Source: Minisyncoccia bacterium (GTDB lineage Bacteria; Patescibacteriota; Minisyncoccia; Phycocordibacterales; UBA918). Taken from it: a stretch of 64,000 nt of DNA. Location: positions 73,023-137,022 of the forward strand of contig JBKJIT010000003.1 of the NCBI GenBank assembly GCA_046598345.1, read 5' to 3'. Shown here piece by piece: positions 28,322 to 38,604 of this stretch. Every line of letters starts with the position of its first letter. Position 1 is the stretch's first letter. A model generated the notes under the pieces. That model had not been told where the DNA came from, did no database searches, and saw only the letters and a program-made list of their open reading frames with translations. A program made the position numbers and the translations under genes.

Positions 28322-29458
28322 ATGAGTGGTATTTCTCTCCCGGCAATCACTGATGTAGGAAATCTCCAAGGGAAGCGAGTAATTGTTCGCGCTTCACTCG
28401 ATGTCCCACTTAAGGATGGGATAATTACGAATGGATTCCGCGTACAGCGAGCGCTCCCGACGCTTTCGTTCTTGGTCGGTAAAGGCGCAAGAGTTATTCT
28501 CCTTACCCATATAGGACGAAATCCAGAAACAACGCTCGACCCGCTCATTTCGGTTCTCAGGGACGCACTTCCACTCACGTATGTGCGTGCACTTGAAGGA
28601 GACGTAGTGAACGAGGCCTTGAGGACTCAAGAGAATGGCACCGTTGTGCTTTTAGAAAACCTGAGATCGCAGAAAGGGGAGGAAGAAAATGACAAAGCGT
28701 TTGCAGCTCTCCTCGCGTCCTACGGCGACATGTACGTGAACGATGCGTTTGCGGTGTCACATCGAGCACACGCTTCTATCGTGGGAATTCCAGAGCATAT
28801 TCCAAGCTTCGCAGGGATTACCTTTCTCGAGGAGTATGAAGCACTTGGGCGTGTTGGCGAACCACTTCCACCATCCCTTTTTATTTTAGGTGGCGCAAAG
28901 TTTGAAACGAAGGAGCCACTTATTGAACGATACGCAGAAACGTACTCGACGGTTTTTATTGGAGGTGCACTTGCGAATGATTTCTTAAAAGCAAAAGGGT
29001 TTCAGGTGGGGAAGTCGCTCCTTTCCTCAGTTGATCTAGGTACGCATGCACTCATGCAAAGGGGAAATATCCTCCTTCCAATTGATGTCGTGGTGCAAGG
29101 GGAGTCTGGAATGCGAACGACCGTTCCTGCTGACGTGAAAGAAGACGAACACATTTTCGATATAGGTCCGGAGACCATTAAGTTGCTTGCACCTCATATT
29201 GCTTCAGCAAAAAATATTTTATGGAATGGACCACTCGGATATTACGAAGGTGGTTTTGATGTAGCAACAAAGGCATGCGCGGCACTCGTTGCCGCAAGCG
29301 AAGCGCATTCGGTAATTGGAGGTGGCGACACAGTAGCAACAATTGAGTCACTCAATCTCACGAGTTCATTCGACTTTATTTCTACGGCGGGTGGTGCGAT
29401 GCTTACCTTCCTAGAAAAGGGCACCCTACCTGGAATTGAGGCGCTCATTCGAAAGTAG
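28322..29458 (+). CDS. pgk: Phosphoglycerate kinase
   Basis: LLENLR, YVNDAF..SHRAHAS, WNGPLG, GGGDT, STAGGA. Confidence 0.95.
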   Translation: MSGISLPAITDVGNLQGKRVIVRASLDVPLKDGIITNGFRVQRALPTLSFLVGKGARVILLTHIGRNPETTLDPLISVLRDALPLTYVRALEGDVVNEALRTQENGTVVLLENLRSQKGEEENDKAFAALLASYGDMYVNDAFAVSHRAHASIVGIPEHIPSFAGITFLEEYEALGRVGEPLPPSLFILGGAKFETKEPLIERYAETYSTVFIGGALANDFLKAKGFQVGKSLLSSVDLGTHALMQRGNILLPIDVVVQGESGMRTTVPADVKEDEHIFDIGPETIKLLAPHIASAKNILWNGPLGYYEGGFDVATKACAALVAASEAHSVIGGGDTVATIESLNLTSSFDFISTAGGAMLTFLEKGTLPGIEALIRK

Positions 29459-29469
29459 AAAGTTCTAGT

Positions 29470-29946
29470 ATGGAAAAAATCAGTACCACGCTCATATTCC
29501 TTATTCGTGAACACGAGCTATGTCTTGCAATGAAGAAGCGTGGTTTTGGTATGGGTAATTGGAATGGGTACGGTGGAAAAGTAGATCCTCCTGAATCACT
29601 CGTGGAGTGTGCTGTGCGGGAAACATTTGAAGAGTCCGGTGTGGTTGTTACACCAGTAGATCTCGAGCAGGTTGCATTCAATGAGTTTTTTCTCGCGAGT
29701 GGTACACATATTGAAGTGACAATTTATTTTGCGCGCAGATGGAAAGGAGAGCCTTTTGAAACTGAAGAAATGTCACCGAAGTGGTTTTCCTTTAATTCGA
29801 TTCCCTACGAAACAATGTGGGCCGATGACCCCTACTGGCTCCCTCGATGTATCTTGGGGGAAAAGATTCGCGGGAGGGCTTCGTTCCTTCCTGATGAAAA
29901 AACGATTACAGAAATGGAATGGCAGCGCGTCAGTTCATGGGATTAA
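29470..29946 (+). CDS. Nudix hydrolase (8-oxo-dGTPase, MTH1-like)
   Basis: KKRGFG.G.WNG.GGKV..E....A.RE..EE.G, MWADD..W. Confidence 0.88.
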   Translation: MEKISTTLIFLIREHELCLAMKKRGFGMGNWNGYGGKVDPPESLVECAVRETFEESGVVVTPVDLEQVAFNEFFLASGTHIEVTIYFARRWKGEPFETEEMSPKWFSFNSIPYETMWADDPYWLPRCILGEKIRGRASFLPDEKTITEMEWQRVSSWD

Positions 29947-30335
29947 GCCAGGTTTGCTTTAATTTTTTCTGATTCTCGAAGAAGGACAATGTCTTCGGCC
30001 GCCTCTCCCGCATGTCGTTTAAAGTCAGATTCATCCATTATTGGATACAGCTTGATATGAGTATGTGGTACTTCAAACCCTTCAACAACCATGCACGTGC
30101 GTAGCGGTGTGTACGTTGCGTCGAGTGCGTGTACTACACGTTTCGTTACTTGTAACAGGTGTTCGTAGGTATGATCAGGAGTTGTAAACAGATACTCTGT
30201 ATGTTCTTTTGGTATGACGAGCACTTGTCCCTGGACGATTGGAAATTTATCCATCACCACGATACATAGGTCATCTTCGTACACGAATTGTGCTGGTATT
30301 TCCCTTGCGATGATTTTGTCAAAAATGTCTTGCAT
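29943..30335 (-). CDS. HIT family protein
   Basis: IFDKII, GQVLVIPKEH, EVPHTHIKL. Confidence 0.88.
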   Translation of the reverse strand: MQDIFDKIIAREIPAQFVYEDDLCIVVMDKFPIVQGQVLVIPKEHTEYLFTTPDHTYEHLLQVTKRVVHALDATYTPLRTCMVVEGFEVPHTHIKLYPIMDESDFKRHAGEAAEDIVLLRESEKIKANLA

Positions 30336-30341
30336 ATATAA

Positions 30342-30464
30342 AGAATGAGTGGATTTGAGTGCAGTTCGAGGTGGTGCGAAGCTTGCGACTAAACAATAGT
30401 AAACCTATTGTGCATGAAGCAAATGAGCAATGCAACGATGAAATGTGCCAAATGCACTCATTCT
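30342..30464 (-). repeat. 123-bp palindromic element (family 3, divergent apex)
   Basis: AGAATGAGTG...CACTCATTCT termini, apex CAATAG/CTATTG. Confidence 0.6.
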
Positions 30465-30508
30465 GGTCATGATGCCATAGCGATGAAGCATGGTAAAATC
30501 ACTCCACT

Positions 30509-32230
30509 ATGGCAGGAAAGCGTACGTACGCACTCTACGAAGCGAGTGCTGAAAAAGAGAGTTTGCTCGCGTACACGCCACTCATGCAGCAACTTCTCCT
30601 AAATCGGGGTATAACGAATGCGGAAGATGCCGAGAAGTTTCTGCATCCCAATTATGACGCACACCTGCATGACCCGTTTCTCTTTACCGATATGGAACGT
30701 GCGGTAGGACGGATACTTTTGGCAGTAAAAAACAATGAGCACATTGTGATTTACACCGATTATGACTGTGATGGAATTCCAGGCGGCGTCGTACTCCACG
30801 ATTTTTTTACCGCTATCGGGTACACAAATTTTGAAAATTACATTCCCCACCGTCACCACGAAGGGTATGGGTTCAACGCTGCATCGGTTTCGCAATTTAA
30901 AGAGCGGGACGCGAAACTCATCATCACCGTTGATTGCGGCATTGTTGATCACGAAGCTGCGACGCGGGCAAAAGAAGAAGGAATTGATGTCATCATTACT
31001 GACCACCACGAACCAAGTGACACGCTCCCTGATGCGTACGCAGTCATTAACCCAAAACGCGACGATGCGTATCCGTTCAAAGGCATATGCGGTACAGGTG
31101 TTGCGTTCAAGCTAGCCCAAGCAGTACTGACTCGAGGAAGAGAACAGGGAACGATCACGCTCAAAGAAGGTCTGGAGAAATGGTGGCTCGACATGGTTGG
31201 TCTTGCGACGATTGCTGATATGGTGCCACTTCGAGACGAAAACCGAGTGCTCGCGCATTACGGGCTCTCTGTCCTTCGAAAATCAAATCGTCCAGGGCTT
31301 CAGCAACTCCTCAAAAAATCTGGGGGTAGCCAGAGACATCTTACGGAAGATGATATTGGATTCACTATTGCTCCAAGGATTAATGCCGCTTCACGCATGG
31401 ATAATCCAGAGGATGCGTTTCACATGCTTCGTACGAGAGACGTGCTCGATGCTGATATACGAGCAACGCATCTTGAGAAACTAAACAACGAGCGAAAGGG
31501 CGTTGTTGCAGCAATGTCGAAGGAAGTTAAAAAACGAATTGAGGCGCAGGAAAGTGTGCCGAGCGTAATTGTGATGGGGAATCCTGAGTGGCGGCCGTCC
31601 CTTGTTGGGCTTGTGGCGAATTCGCTCATGGAAGAATACCGACGCCCTGTGTTTCTTTGGGGGCGGGACGGCCGCGGCATTATCAAAGGATCGTGTCGAA
31701 GTGATGGGTCGCCAAGTACACTCAACCTTATGGAAGCAGTAAAAGACTCCTTTTTATTTTATGGAGGTCACCATGGTGCGGGTGGTTTCGCGGTGAGTGA
31801 TGATGGTATTTTCACACTTGGTGACTCGCTGAATTCCGCATATGAAACGTTCAACACGGAACTAGGAAGTGCGGAAGAAACATACGTCGACGCAGACATC
31901 TCACTTATTGATATCAATGACGGACTCTTGCGCACACTTCGTGATCTCTCGCCGTTTGGAGAAGGAAATCCAAAACCACTCTTTAGACTGAATAATATTG
32001 TTCCCGAAAAAGTACAAAGTTTTGGAAGTACGAAGAATCACACAAAACTTATTTTTAATGCAGGTAGAAAAGATATCGAAGCAATCGCTTTCTTTAAAAC
32101 TCCAGAACAATTTGATCTCATGCCGGTAGCAGACAGGGCACTCACGCTTATCGCACATGTGGAGCAGTCGTATTTTATGGGCAGGATGCAGACGCGTTTA
32201 CGAATCGTTGATATCATAGAAACACAATGA
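30509..32230 (+). CDS. recJ: Single-stranded DNA exonuclease RecJ
   Basis: DYDCDG, ITVDCG, TDHH, PRINAASR, GSCRS, GGH, PFGEGNP. Confidence 0.95.
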   Translation: MAGKRTYALYEASAEKESLLAYTPLMQQLLLNRGITNAEDAEKFLHPNYDAHLHDPFLFTDMERAVGRILLAVKNNEHIVIYTDYDCDGIPGGVVLHDFFTAIGYTNFENYIPHRHHEGYGFNAASVSQFKERDAKLIITVDCGIVDHEAATRAKEEGIDVIITDHHEPSDTLPDAYAVINPKRDDAYPFKGICGTGVAFKLAQAVLTRGREQGTITLKEGLEKWWLDMVGLATIADMVPLRDENRVLAHYGLSVLRKSNRPGLQQLLKKSGGSQRHLTEDDIGFTIAPRINAASRMDNPEDAFHMLRTRDVLDADIRATHLEKLNNERKGVVAAMSKEVKKRIEAQESVPSVIVMGNPEWRPSLVGLVANSLMEEYRRPVFLWGRDGRGIIKGSCRSDGSPSTLNLMEAVKDSFLFYGGHHGAGGFAVSDDGIFTLGDSLNSAYETFNTELGSAEETYVDADISLIDINDGLLRTLRDLSPFGEGNPKPLFRLNNIVPEKVQSFGSTKNHTKLIFNAGRKDIEAIAFFKTPEQFDLMPVADRALTLIAHVEQSYFMGRMQTRLRIVDIIETQ

Positions 32231-32907
32231 AGCAGGTAACCATTTACTGTGACGGAAGTTCGATTGGGAATCCTGGCCCTGGTGGTTGGGGTGCGGTTGT
32301 GGCAGACCAGGCACGAGTAAAAGAAATGGGTGGATTCCAAATGCACACCACCAACAATAGAATGGAACTTACCGCGGCGATTGAATCACTGAAACTTATT
32401 CGAACGCCCGCACACATTACGATCCATACCGATTCACAGTACGTGATTAACGGGATAACGAAGTGGGTGTTTGGATGGGAACAGAAAGGATGGATCACTG
32501 CCGGAAAAACTGAAGTACAAAATAAAGATCTCTGGCAGGCACTCGTGAAAGCAGTTTCAAAACACGATGTGATGTGGAAGCATGTGAAGGGACATGCAGG
32601 TGTTCCACAAAACGAGCGTGCTGATCAGATTGCAAATGGTTTCGCGCGAAAAGAAAAAGTAGAATTGTTTTACGGTTCACTCGCGAAGTACAAAGCATTT
32701 GTTGCGACGCTCCCTAAACCGCGTGTCGTTTCTTCGTCTGCAAAAAAGAAAGGCAAAGCATTTTCGTACGTGTCACTCGTTGAAGGAAAAGTTATGACGC
32801 ACACGACATGGATAGAGTGTGAGAAACGAGTGAAAGGAAAGAAAGCAAAATTTAAAAAGGTGTTTTCAAAAGAAGAGGAAGAGTCACTTCGGCGAGAGTG
32901 GTCGTAA
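32227..32907 (+). CDS. rnhA: Ribonuclease HI with C-terminal hybrid-binding (viroplasmin-like) domain
   Basis: DGS..GNPGPGGWG, TTNNRMEL, DSQYV, VKGHAG..NERAD; C-terminal TW.ECEKRVKG...KFKK. Confidence 0.92.
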   Translation: MKQVTIYCDGSSIGNPGPGGWGAVVADQARVKEMGGFQMHTTNNRMELTAAIESLKLIRTPAHITIHTDSQYVINGITKWVFGWEQKGWITAGKTEVQNKDLWQALVKAVSKHDVMWKHVKGHAGVPQNERADQIANGFARKEKVELFYGSLAKYKAFVATLPKPRVVSSSAKKKGKAFSYVSLVEGKVMTHTTWIECEKRVKGKKAKFKKVFSKEEEESLRREWS

Positions 32908-33023
32908 TTAAAAAAAGCCCCGAGCGAAACGCTCGGGGCTCCTCTCAGTTATCGTATCCGCCAGCACCCTCTCACTAAAAAGAAAATGGATCAATCGAGT
33001 GTTGCGTGTGTCATAATTTATAG

Positions 33024-34613
33024 ATGAATGGGGTTTTCTTCTACACCATAAGTATCGCGTTTGCGAGCGGAATTTTGTTTCGCTCATTTTTATATATAGA
33101 GTGGGGAACCCTATTCTTTTTTATTCTTGTTGCAGGTGCGGCAACAGTGTTGTGGGTGCGAAGTAGGCGTGAGCCCTCCTCTCCGTTCCTTCTTCTAGCA
33201 GTCACAATCTTCTGTTTCACACTAGGCGCTCTCCGGTTTGATGTAAGTAACACACTACATGAGGAGCTTGAAGCACGTGTTGGAGAAAAAATATATGTGG
33301 AGGGAATCATTGCTCGCGAACCGGAGGTTCGCGAGTCGTCTACACATCTCTACGTACGACTCGAAGAAACTGACGAACTTATTTTGGTGAGTGCGGACCG
33401 ATTTCAGCCGTTTGCGTACGGGGAACGAATTGCAATCGAGGGTGTTCTCAAGAAGCCAGAAGCGTTTGAAACTGAATACGGAAGAACATTTGATTACCCA
33501 GGGTATCTGCGAGCGAAAGGTGTGTCATATATGATTTCCTACGGAAAGGTGGAAGTCACGGAAAGTGGACAAGGGAATTCTTTTCTTGCTGCGCTCTTTA
33601 AAGGAAAACAACGTTTCACAGAAGCAATCGAAGCGGCAATTCCAGAACCCGAGTCGGGACTGGGACTCGGGCTTCTTCTTGGTGCGAAACGTGCACTGGG
33701 AGAAGATTTAGAAAATGCCTTTAGGCGTGTGGGGATTATTCATATTGTCGTACTGTCGGGGTATAACATCATGCTTGTCGCGGAGGCGATCATGCGCCTC
33801 CTTTCGTCTTTCTTTCGTCCGAGGATGCGGATGCTCATTGGCATAATCGCCATCATATGTTTTGCGATTCTCGTCGGACTTTCCGCGACCGTCGTACGCG
33901 CAACGATTATGGCTGCGCTCGTTCTTGTTGCGCGCACGACGGGGCGTCAATATGCGGTCATGCGTGCACTCATGATTACGGGGCTTTGTATGCTCCTCAT
34001 CAATCCATACCTTCTTGCGTTTGATCCAGGATTTCAACTCTCGTTTCTCGCAACGATGGGACTCATTCTCGTGTCTCCAATTATTGAAGCGAGACTTATT
34101 ACAGTTCCGACACGATTTCAAATACGTGAGTTTTTAACAGCAACACTTTCTACACAAATTTTTCTCCTGCCATTTCTCACGTACCTCATCGGTACGTTCT
34201 CAGTGGTTTCCGTCCTCGTGAATGTGCTCGTACTGCCGGTCGTACCGGTCGCCATGTTCCTCGCTTTCATGACCGGGATTATTTCCGTGCTCATTCCAGC
34301 ACTGGGAGTTATTGTGGCACTTCCCGCGTCCGCATTCTTGGGCTACATTATTTTTCTTGCAGAACAATTTTCGCGACTTCCGTTTGCATCATTTTCAGTT
34401 CCGCAATTTTCTTTTTTGATTGTGGTGCTTTCCTATGTTGCGATTGCATTTGGGATTTTCTATCTCACACAAAAAAAGAAAGACGAATCAATGGCCTCTC
34501 AAAATGCTTCCCCCGGATCGTTTGACGATTGGACAATTATTGATGAGAACGAAACCCTGAAAAGCGAACAAGTTCCTTCTGCGAGTGCTTCAGGGTCTTT
34601 CCCATTTCGCTAA
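33024..34613 (+). CDS. comEC: ComEC/Rec2 competence membrane protein (DUF4131 + Competence domains)
   Basis: FDYPGYL, HIVVLSGYNI, VVRATIM, GFQLSFLAT. Confidence 0.92.
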   Translation: MNGVFFYTISIAFASGILFRSFLYIEWGTLFFFILVAGAATVLWVRSRREPSSPFLLLAVTIFCFTLGALRFDVSNTLHEELEARVGEKIYVEGIIAREPEVRESSTHLYVRLEETDELILVSADRFQPFAYGERIAIEGVLKKPEAFETEYGRTFDYPGYLRAKGVSYMISYGKVEVTESGQGNSFLAALFKGKQRFTEAIEAAIPEPESGLGLGLLLGAKRALGEDLENAFRRVGIIHIVVLSGYNIMLVAEAIMRLLSSFFRPRMRMLIGIIAIICFAILVGLSATVVRATIMAALVLVARTTGRQYAVMRALMITGLCMLLINPYLLAFDPGFQLSFLATMGLILVSPIIEARLITVPTRFQIREFLTATLSTQIFLLPFLTYLIGTFSVVSVLVNVLVLPVVPVAMFLAFMTGIISVLIPALGVIVALPASAFLGYIIFLAEQFSRLPFASFSVPQFSFLIVVLSYVAIAFGIFYLTQKKKDESMASQNASPGSFDDWTIIDENETLKSEQVPSASASGSFPFR

Positions 34614-34688
34614 GGTATTACATTGGCGCAGCGGTGCATGTTTCAAAAAAGGCCTGCGTGAACGCAGGCCTTTTTTGAATGCATACCT

Positions 34689-35285
34689 TTATCCAATCGC
34701 GTCAAATCGTTTTTCTGCAACGCTCCAGTTTGTGTTCTTGAGAAACGCTTCAATGTAATTTTTCTTTTCTGCAGGAACGTAGTCAACCATGAACGCGTGT
34801 TCCCACATATCCATCGCGAGAATAATCGGAAGACTTCCGAGCTGTCCAATTTCGTGATCGCTGACCCACGACACGTGTGGTGTGTTGCCCACAGGATCAT
34901 GGTAGAGAATTGTCCAACCAATGCCGCGACTCATGCCAACTTGCGTGAGGTGTGCGATGAACGCATCTGTCGATCCATATTTTTCGGTCAGCGCCTTTCC
35001 TACGTTTGAATCGGCGTTAAGGACTGATGCACCACCTTCAAATTGTTTGAAGTAGTACTCATGCATGCGCATGCCGTTAAATTCAAACCCGAGACGACGG
35101 CGAGTCTCCATGATTGCGAATGCGAATTTTTCTTTGTCGGCTGCTTCAAGATCTTGAATCTGCTCACGAAGTACGTTTACATGCTTTACGTATCCTTCGT
35201 AGAGTGCAATGTGTACTTTAATTTGTTTTTCAGAAAGTCCATCAAGTGTGGGGAGGTCAAACGTTTGCGGTGAGTAGGTGTGCAT
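34689..35285 (-). CDS. sod: Fe/Mn superoxide dismutase family protein
   Basis: H..LYEGYV, FNG...HEYYF, GIGW, DMWEHAF. Confidence 0.9.
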   Translation of the reverse strand: MHTYSPQTFDLPTLDGLSEKQIKVHIALYEGYVKHVNVLREQIQDLEAADKEKFAFAIMETRRRLGFEFNGMRMHEYYFKQFEGGASVLNADSNVGKALTEKYGSTDAFIAHLTQVGMSRGIGWTILYHDPVGNTPHVSWVSDHEIGQLGSLPIILAMDMWEHAFMVDYVPAEKKNYIEAFLKNTNWSVAEKRFDAIG

Positions 35286-35379
35286 ACTAAAAGAAAGCTA
35301 AAGAATAATGTTGGAAGCTATTATACCATTTTCCCCTTCATGAGCGATTCCGCGCGCGCTGGGAGCATACAATAGAGTC

Positions 35380-36240
35380 ATGCCTGCTCGCTCTCTTAAA
35401 GTCGCATTCCTTCTCGTACTTACCATTCTCATTATTGGAATTTTTTGGAGTTATGAACGAGCAGATAGCGGTGGCCTCTTAAAAGTTGTCTTTCTCGATG
35501 TGGGGCAAGGTGACGCAATCTTTATTGAATCGCCGAGCGGTAGACAAATCCTCATCGACGGCGGGGGAACTGAAGTGGTGCAGCGGCAACTCAGGAAACA
35601 CCTTGGCTTTTTTGATCGTGATCTCGATATGGTCGTGGCGACACATCCTGACCAGGATCACATTGGTGGACTGGTTTCAGTATTAAAGCGATATCGCGTG
35701 CAGTCGATTCTTCTCACTGAAAATAAAAATGATACACCTGTGGCCGATATGTTTCTCAAGGGAGTTCAGGGAGAGGGAGCAACCATTCATTATGCGCGTG
35801 CTGGGCAAGTGTATGACTTGGGGGTAGGCGAGCGAGGAAGCACGACACTCCGCATTCTTTTTCCAGATTATGATCCGACTGAACTTGAAAGCAATACGTC
35901 ATCTATTATTGCCAAACTTACGTACGGCTCAATCGACTTCATGCTCACGGGAGACTCTCCGATTGCGATAGAAGAATACTTAGTCGAACAAGGTATTCCG
36001 CTTCAAAGTGAGGTGTTGAAGGCTGGACATCATGGGTCTCGCACCTCATCGTCTGCAGAATTTGTAGCTGCTGTCGCGCCACAGTTCGCGGTGATTTCTT
36101 CTGGGAAAGATAATCGGTATGGGCATCCACACAAGGAAGTAACAAAGGTACTTACCGATGCGGGAGTCGCAATAAAAAATACCGCCCTTTTGGGCAGCAT
36201 TTCTTTTGAATCCGACGGAGTTACTTTTTGGGCCCGCTAA
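35380..36240 (+). CDS. ComEC-associated MBL-fold nuclease domain protein
   Basis: LDVGQGDA, THPDQDHIGG, LTGD, HHGS, YGHPH. Confidence 0.9.
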   Translation: MPARSLKVAFLLVLTILIIGIFWSYERADSGGLLKVVFLDVGQGDAIFIESPSGRQILIDGGGTEVVQRQLRKHLGFFDRDLDMVVATHPDQDHIGGLVSVLKRYRVQSILLTENKNDTPVADMFLKGVQGEGATIHYARAGQVYDLGVGERGSTTLRILFPDYDPTELESNTSSIIAKLTYGSIDFMLTGDSPIAIEEYLVEQGIPLQSEVLKAGHHGSRTSSSAEFVAAVAPQFAVISSGKDNRYGHPHKEVTKVLTDAGVAIKNTALLGSISFESDGVTFWAR

Positions 36241-36270
36241 CTCGAGATATCATACAAACTAAGCTTCAAA

Positions 36271-36393
36271 AGAACTTTTCGGAAAGCTTCAGATGCTAGG
36301 CGTCGAGGAGCGAAAAAAGAAGCCGTATTTCCTATACGGTGACTGTTTGAGCGACGAAGATAACAACGCAGATGAGGTTTTGTGAAGAGTTCT
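36271..36393 (-). repeat. 123-bp palindromic element (family 3), begins in the rpmB TAG stop
   Basis: Minus strand AGAACTCTTC...GAAAAGTTCT, apex CGTAT-AGGAA-ATACG. Confidence 0.75.
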
Positions 36394-36634
36394 AGATGAG
36401 GTTTGCTTTCTTCAAGGTCGCATAAGCCCCATTCTTTGCAATAGTTCGAAGTGCTTTTGCTGAAACCTTAACTACTACGGACTTTCCGATTTCAGTTACG
36501 AAGATCCGCTTCTTTTGGAGATTAGCCTGGCGGCGAACCTTTCCGCACGGATTAAACTGCGTCGCACGAGTGCGGTTTGAGTAACGTCCCCCTACCTGGG
36601 AGCCCTTGCCGGTTATTTCACAAATTCGAGCCAT
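36392..36634 (-). CDS. rpmB: 50S ribosomal protein L28
   Basis: MARICEITGK..G, R.Q.NLQKKR, VKVSAKALRTI. Confidence 0.92.
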   Translation of the reverse strand: MARICEITGKGSQVGGRYSNRTRATQFNPCGKVRRQANLQKKRIFVTEIGKSVVVKVSAKALRTIAKNGAYATLKKANLI

Positions 36635-36736
36635 AATGCGCGACATCGTACCACATCACCTATTTTATGCAAAGGGGAGAGCAAGCGGTTAGCCCTCACT
36701 CGACTTATGGAAAACCATGGATGAGTAAGGTACTAT

Positions 36737-37384
36737 GTGCAAATGGGAATTGAAATAGCCATCATCGTCGTCCTTATCCTCTCCATTGTGCTCCACGAGG
36801 TGTCCCATGGATATGCAGCAAATGCGCTGGGGGACCCGACGGCACGCCTCGCTGGTCGCTTAAGTCCGAACCCTATTCGACATATTGATCCCGTTGGATC
36901 GATACTTGTGCCAGCGCTCCTTTTCTTCTCTGGAACGGGACTTCTTTTTGGATGGGCAAAGCCAGTGCCGTATAATCCGTACAATCTGAGCAATCAACGG
37001 TGGGGGGATGCGATTGTCGCTGCGGCAGGCCCGCTGACGAATCTCCTCCTTGCACTTATTTTTGCACTTATTTTGCGGGGGGCTGGAGCACTCGATCTAT
37101 CTCCCTCATTTCTCGAGCTTGCAAAATATATAGTGTACATAAATATTCTGCTTGCCCTTTTTAATTCAATCCCGATTCCTCCACTCGATGGATCGAAGGT
37201 TCTCGAGTCGATTCTTCCCTATAGTGCAAAACTTAAATACAAGGCGTTTGGGGATTTGATTAGCCGCTTTGGAATCATTGGGAGTTTTGTATTTGTGTAT
37301 ATTTTTATAAAAATCTTCTGGGGGCCGTTCAGTGTTCTGCTCGGATGGATTTTTGAGCTCTTTACGGGAATGCGTGCATTTTGA
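36737..37384 (+). CDS. Site-2 protease family (M50) membrane metalloprotease
   Basis: HEVSHG, GDPTA..GRL..NP..HIDP, AGP..N, FN.IPIPPLDGS. Confidence 0.92.
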   Translation: MQMGIEIAIIVVLILSIVLHEVSHGYAANALGDPTARLAGRLSPNPIRHIDPVGSILVPALLFFSGTGLLFGWAKPVPYNPYNLSNQRWGDAIVAAAGPLTNLLLALIFALILRGAGALDLSPSFLELAKYIVYINILLALFNSIPIPPLDGSKVLESILPYSAKLKYKAFGDLISRFGIIGSFVFVYIFIKIFWGPFSVLLGWIFELFTGMRAF

Positions 37385-37625
37385 CGTATTTCGAGAAAGA
37401 TCTATGATGGTGGATAGATATGAACACCCGTCTCGAGGGGACTATTCGGGAAAAGGCCCTCAGAGACCATGGGAACCAGACCTTTTTCTGCTAGGGGATA
37501 GTAGAAGATTGATACCCCGACCCAGAAACCCCGGGCGCTACGCGCGCCCGGGGCATTCTATTTCACCCTTGCTTGCATATTCCGGCTAATATAGTAGAGT
37601 ACACGCACTTGAAATATAGAAATAA

Positions 37626-38045
37626 ATGGCAACAATCAATCAATTAGCACGAAAGAAGCGACGAAACCCGGTTACGAAGAGTAAGACGGGTGCTTTGCAT
37701 TCCGGTTTTGATAAGATCAAGAACCGACCAAACTCATACAACTCACCTTTTAAGCGAGGTGTGTGTACGCGCGTGACCACGAAGACTCCTCGTAAGCCAA
37801 ACTCTGCGATTCGAAAGATTGCGCGTGTGCGTCTCACGAACGGGTATGAAATTACTGCGTACGTACCGGGTATTGGCCACACGCTCCAGGAACACTCAGT
37901 TGTTCTAGTTCGTGGAGGACGTGTAAAGGACATTGGAGTTCAATACACCATCGTTCGTGGTAAGTACGACGCAACCGGCGTAAATAATCGTCTTAATGGA
38001 CGATCACGCTATGGAGCGAAGCGACCAAAGGCAGGAAAGAAATAA
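37626..38045 (+). CDS. rpsL: 30S ribosomal protein S12
   Basis: [38 protein letters not shown]. Confidence 0.97.
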   Translation: MATINQLARKKRRNPVTKSKTGALHSGFDKIKNRPNSYNSPFKRGVCTRVTTKTPRKPNSAIRKIARVRLTNGYEITAYVPGIGHTLQEHSVVLVRGGRVKDIGVQYTIVRGKYDATGVNNRLNGRSRYGAKRPKAGKK

Positions 38046-38130
38046 TTAATTAATAGTCTATATTCGCTAGAGATATCTCAGCGCTCCTACGAAAGTAGGG
38101 AGCAAGCATGCGAAGAATAAAATATACAAT

Positions 38131-38604
38131 ATGCGACGACCAATTAAACGACGACCAGCACTCAAAGGAGACGATAGATTTAATTCAGTAACGGTTTCAC
38201 GCCTCGTAAACTATGTGATGGTTCGTGGACAGAAGGAAACTGCACGAAAGATCGTGTATGCAATGCTTGAGGAAATTAAGAATGCAAAGGAGGGTGGAGG
38301 TGATCCTGTAGAAATTTTGGAAACAGCAATCAGGAATGCCGGTCCCCAGATGGAAGTCCGATCACGACGTGTGGGTGGTGCTAACTATCAGGTGCCACGT
38401 GAAGTTCGCCAAGAGCGACGTCTTGCGCTTGCGTTCCGTTGGATCATTACTGCTGCGAGAGCACAGAAGGCGACTCCAATGTTCAAGGCACTCGCAAATG
38501 AAATTATGGCAGCTGCGCGTGAGGAAGGATCGGCAGTGAAGAAGAAGGAGGATACTCACCGAATGGCAGAAGCCAATCGCGCCTTCGCACACTTCGCTTG
38601 GTAG
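38131..38604 (+). CDS. rpsG: 30S ribosomal protein S7
   Basis: EVRSRRVGGANYQVP, KKEDTHRMAEANRAFAHF. Confidence 0.97.
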   Translation: MRRPIKRRPALKGDDRFNSVTVSRLVNYVMVRGQKETARKIVYAMLEEIKNAKEGGGDPVEILETAIRNAGPQMEVRSRRVGGANYQVPREVRQERRLALAFRWIITAARAQKATPMFKALANEIMAAAREEGSAVKKKEDTHRMAEANRAFAHFAW

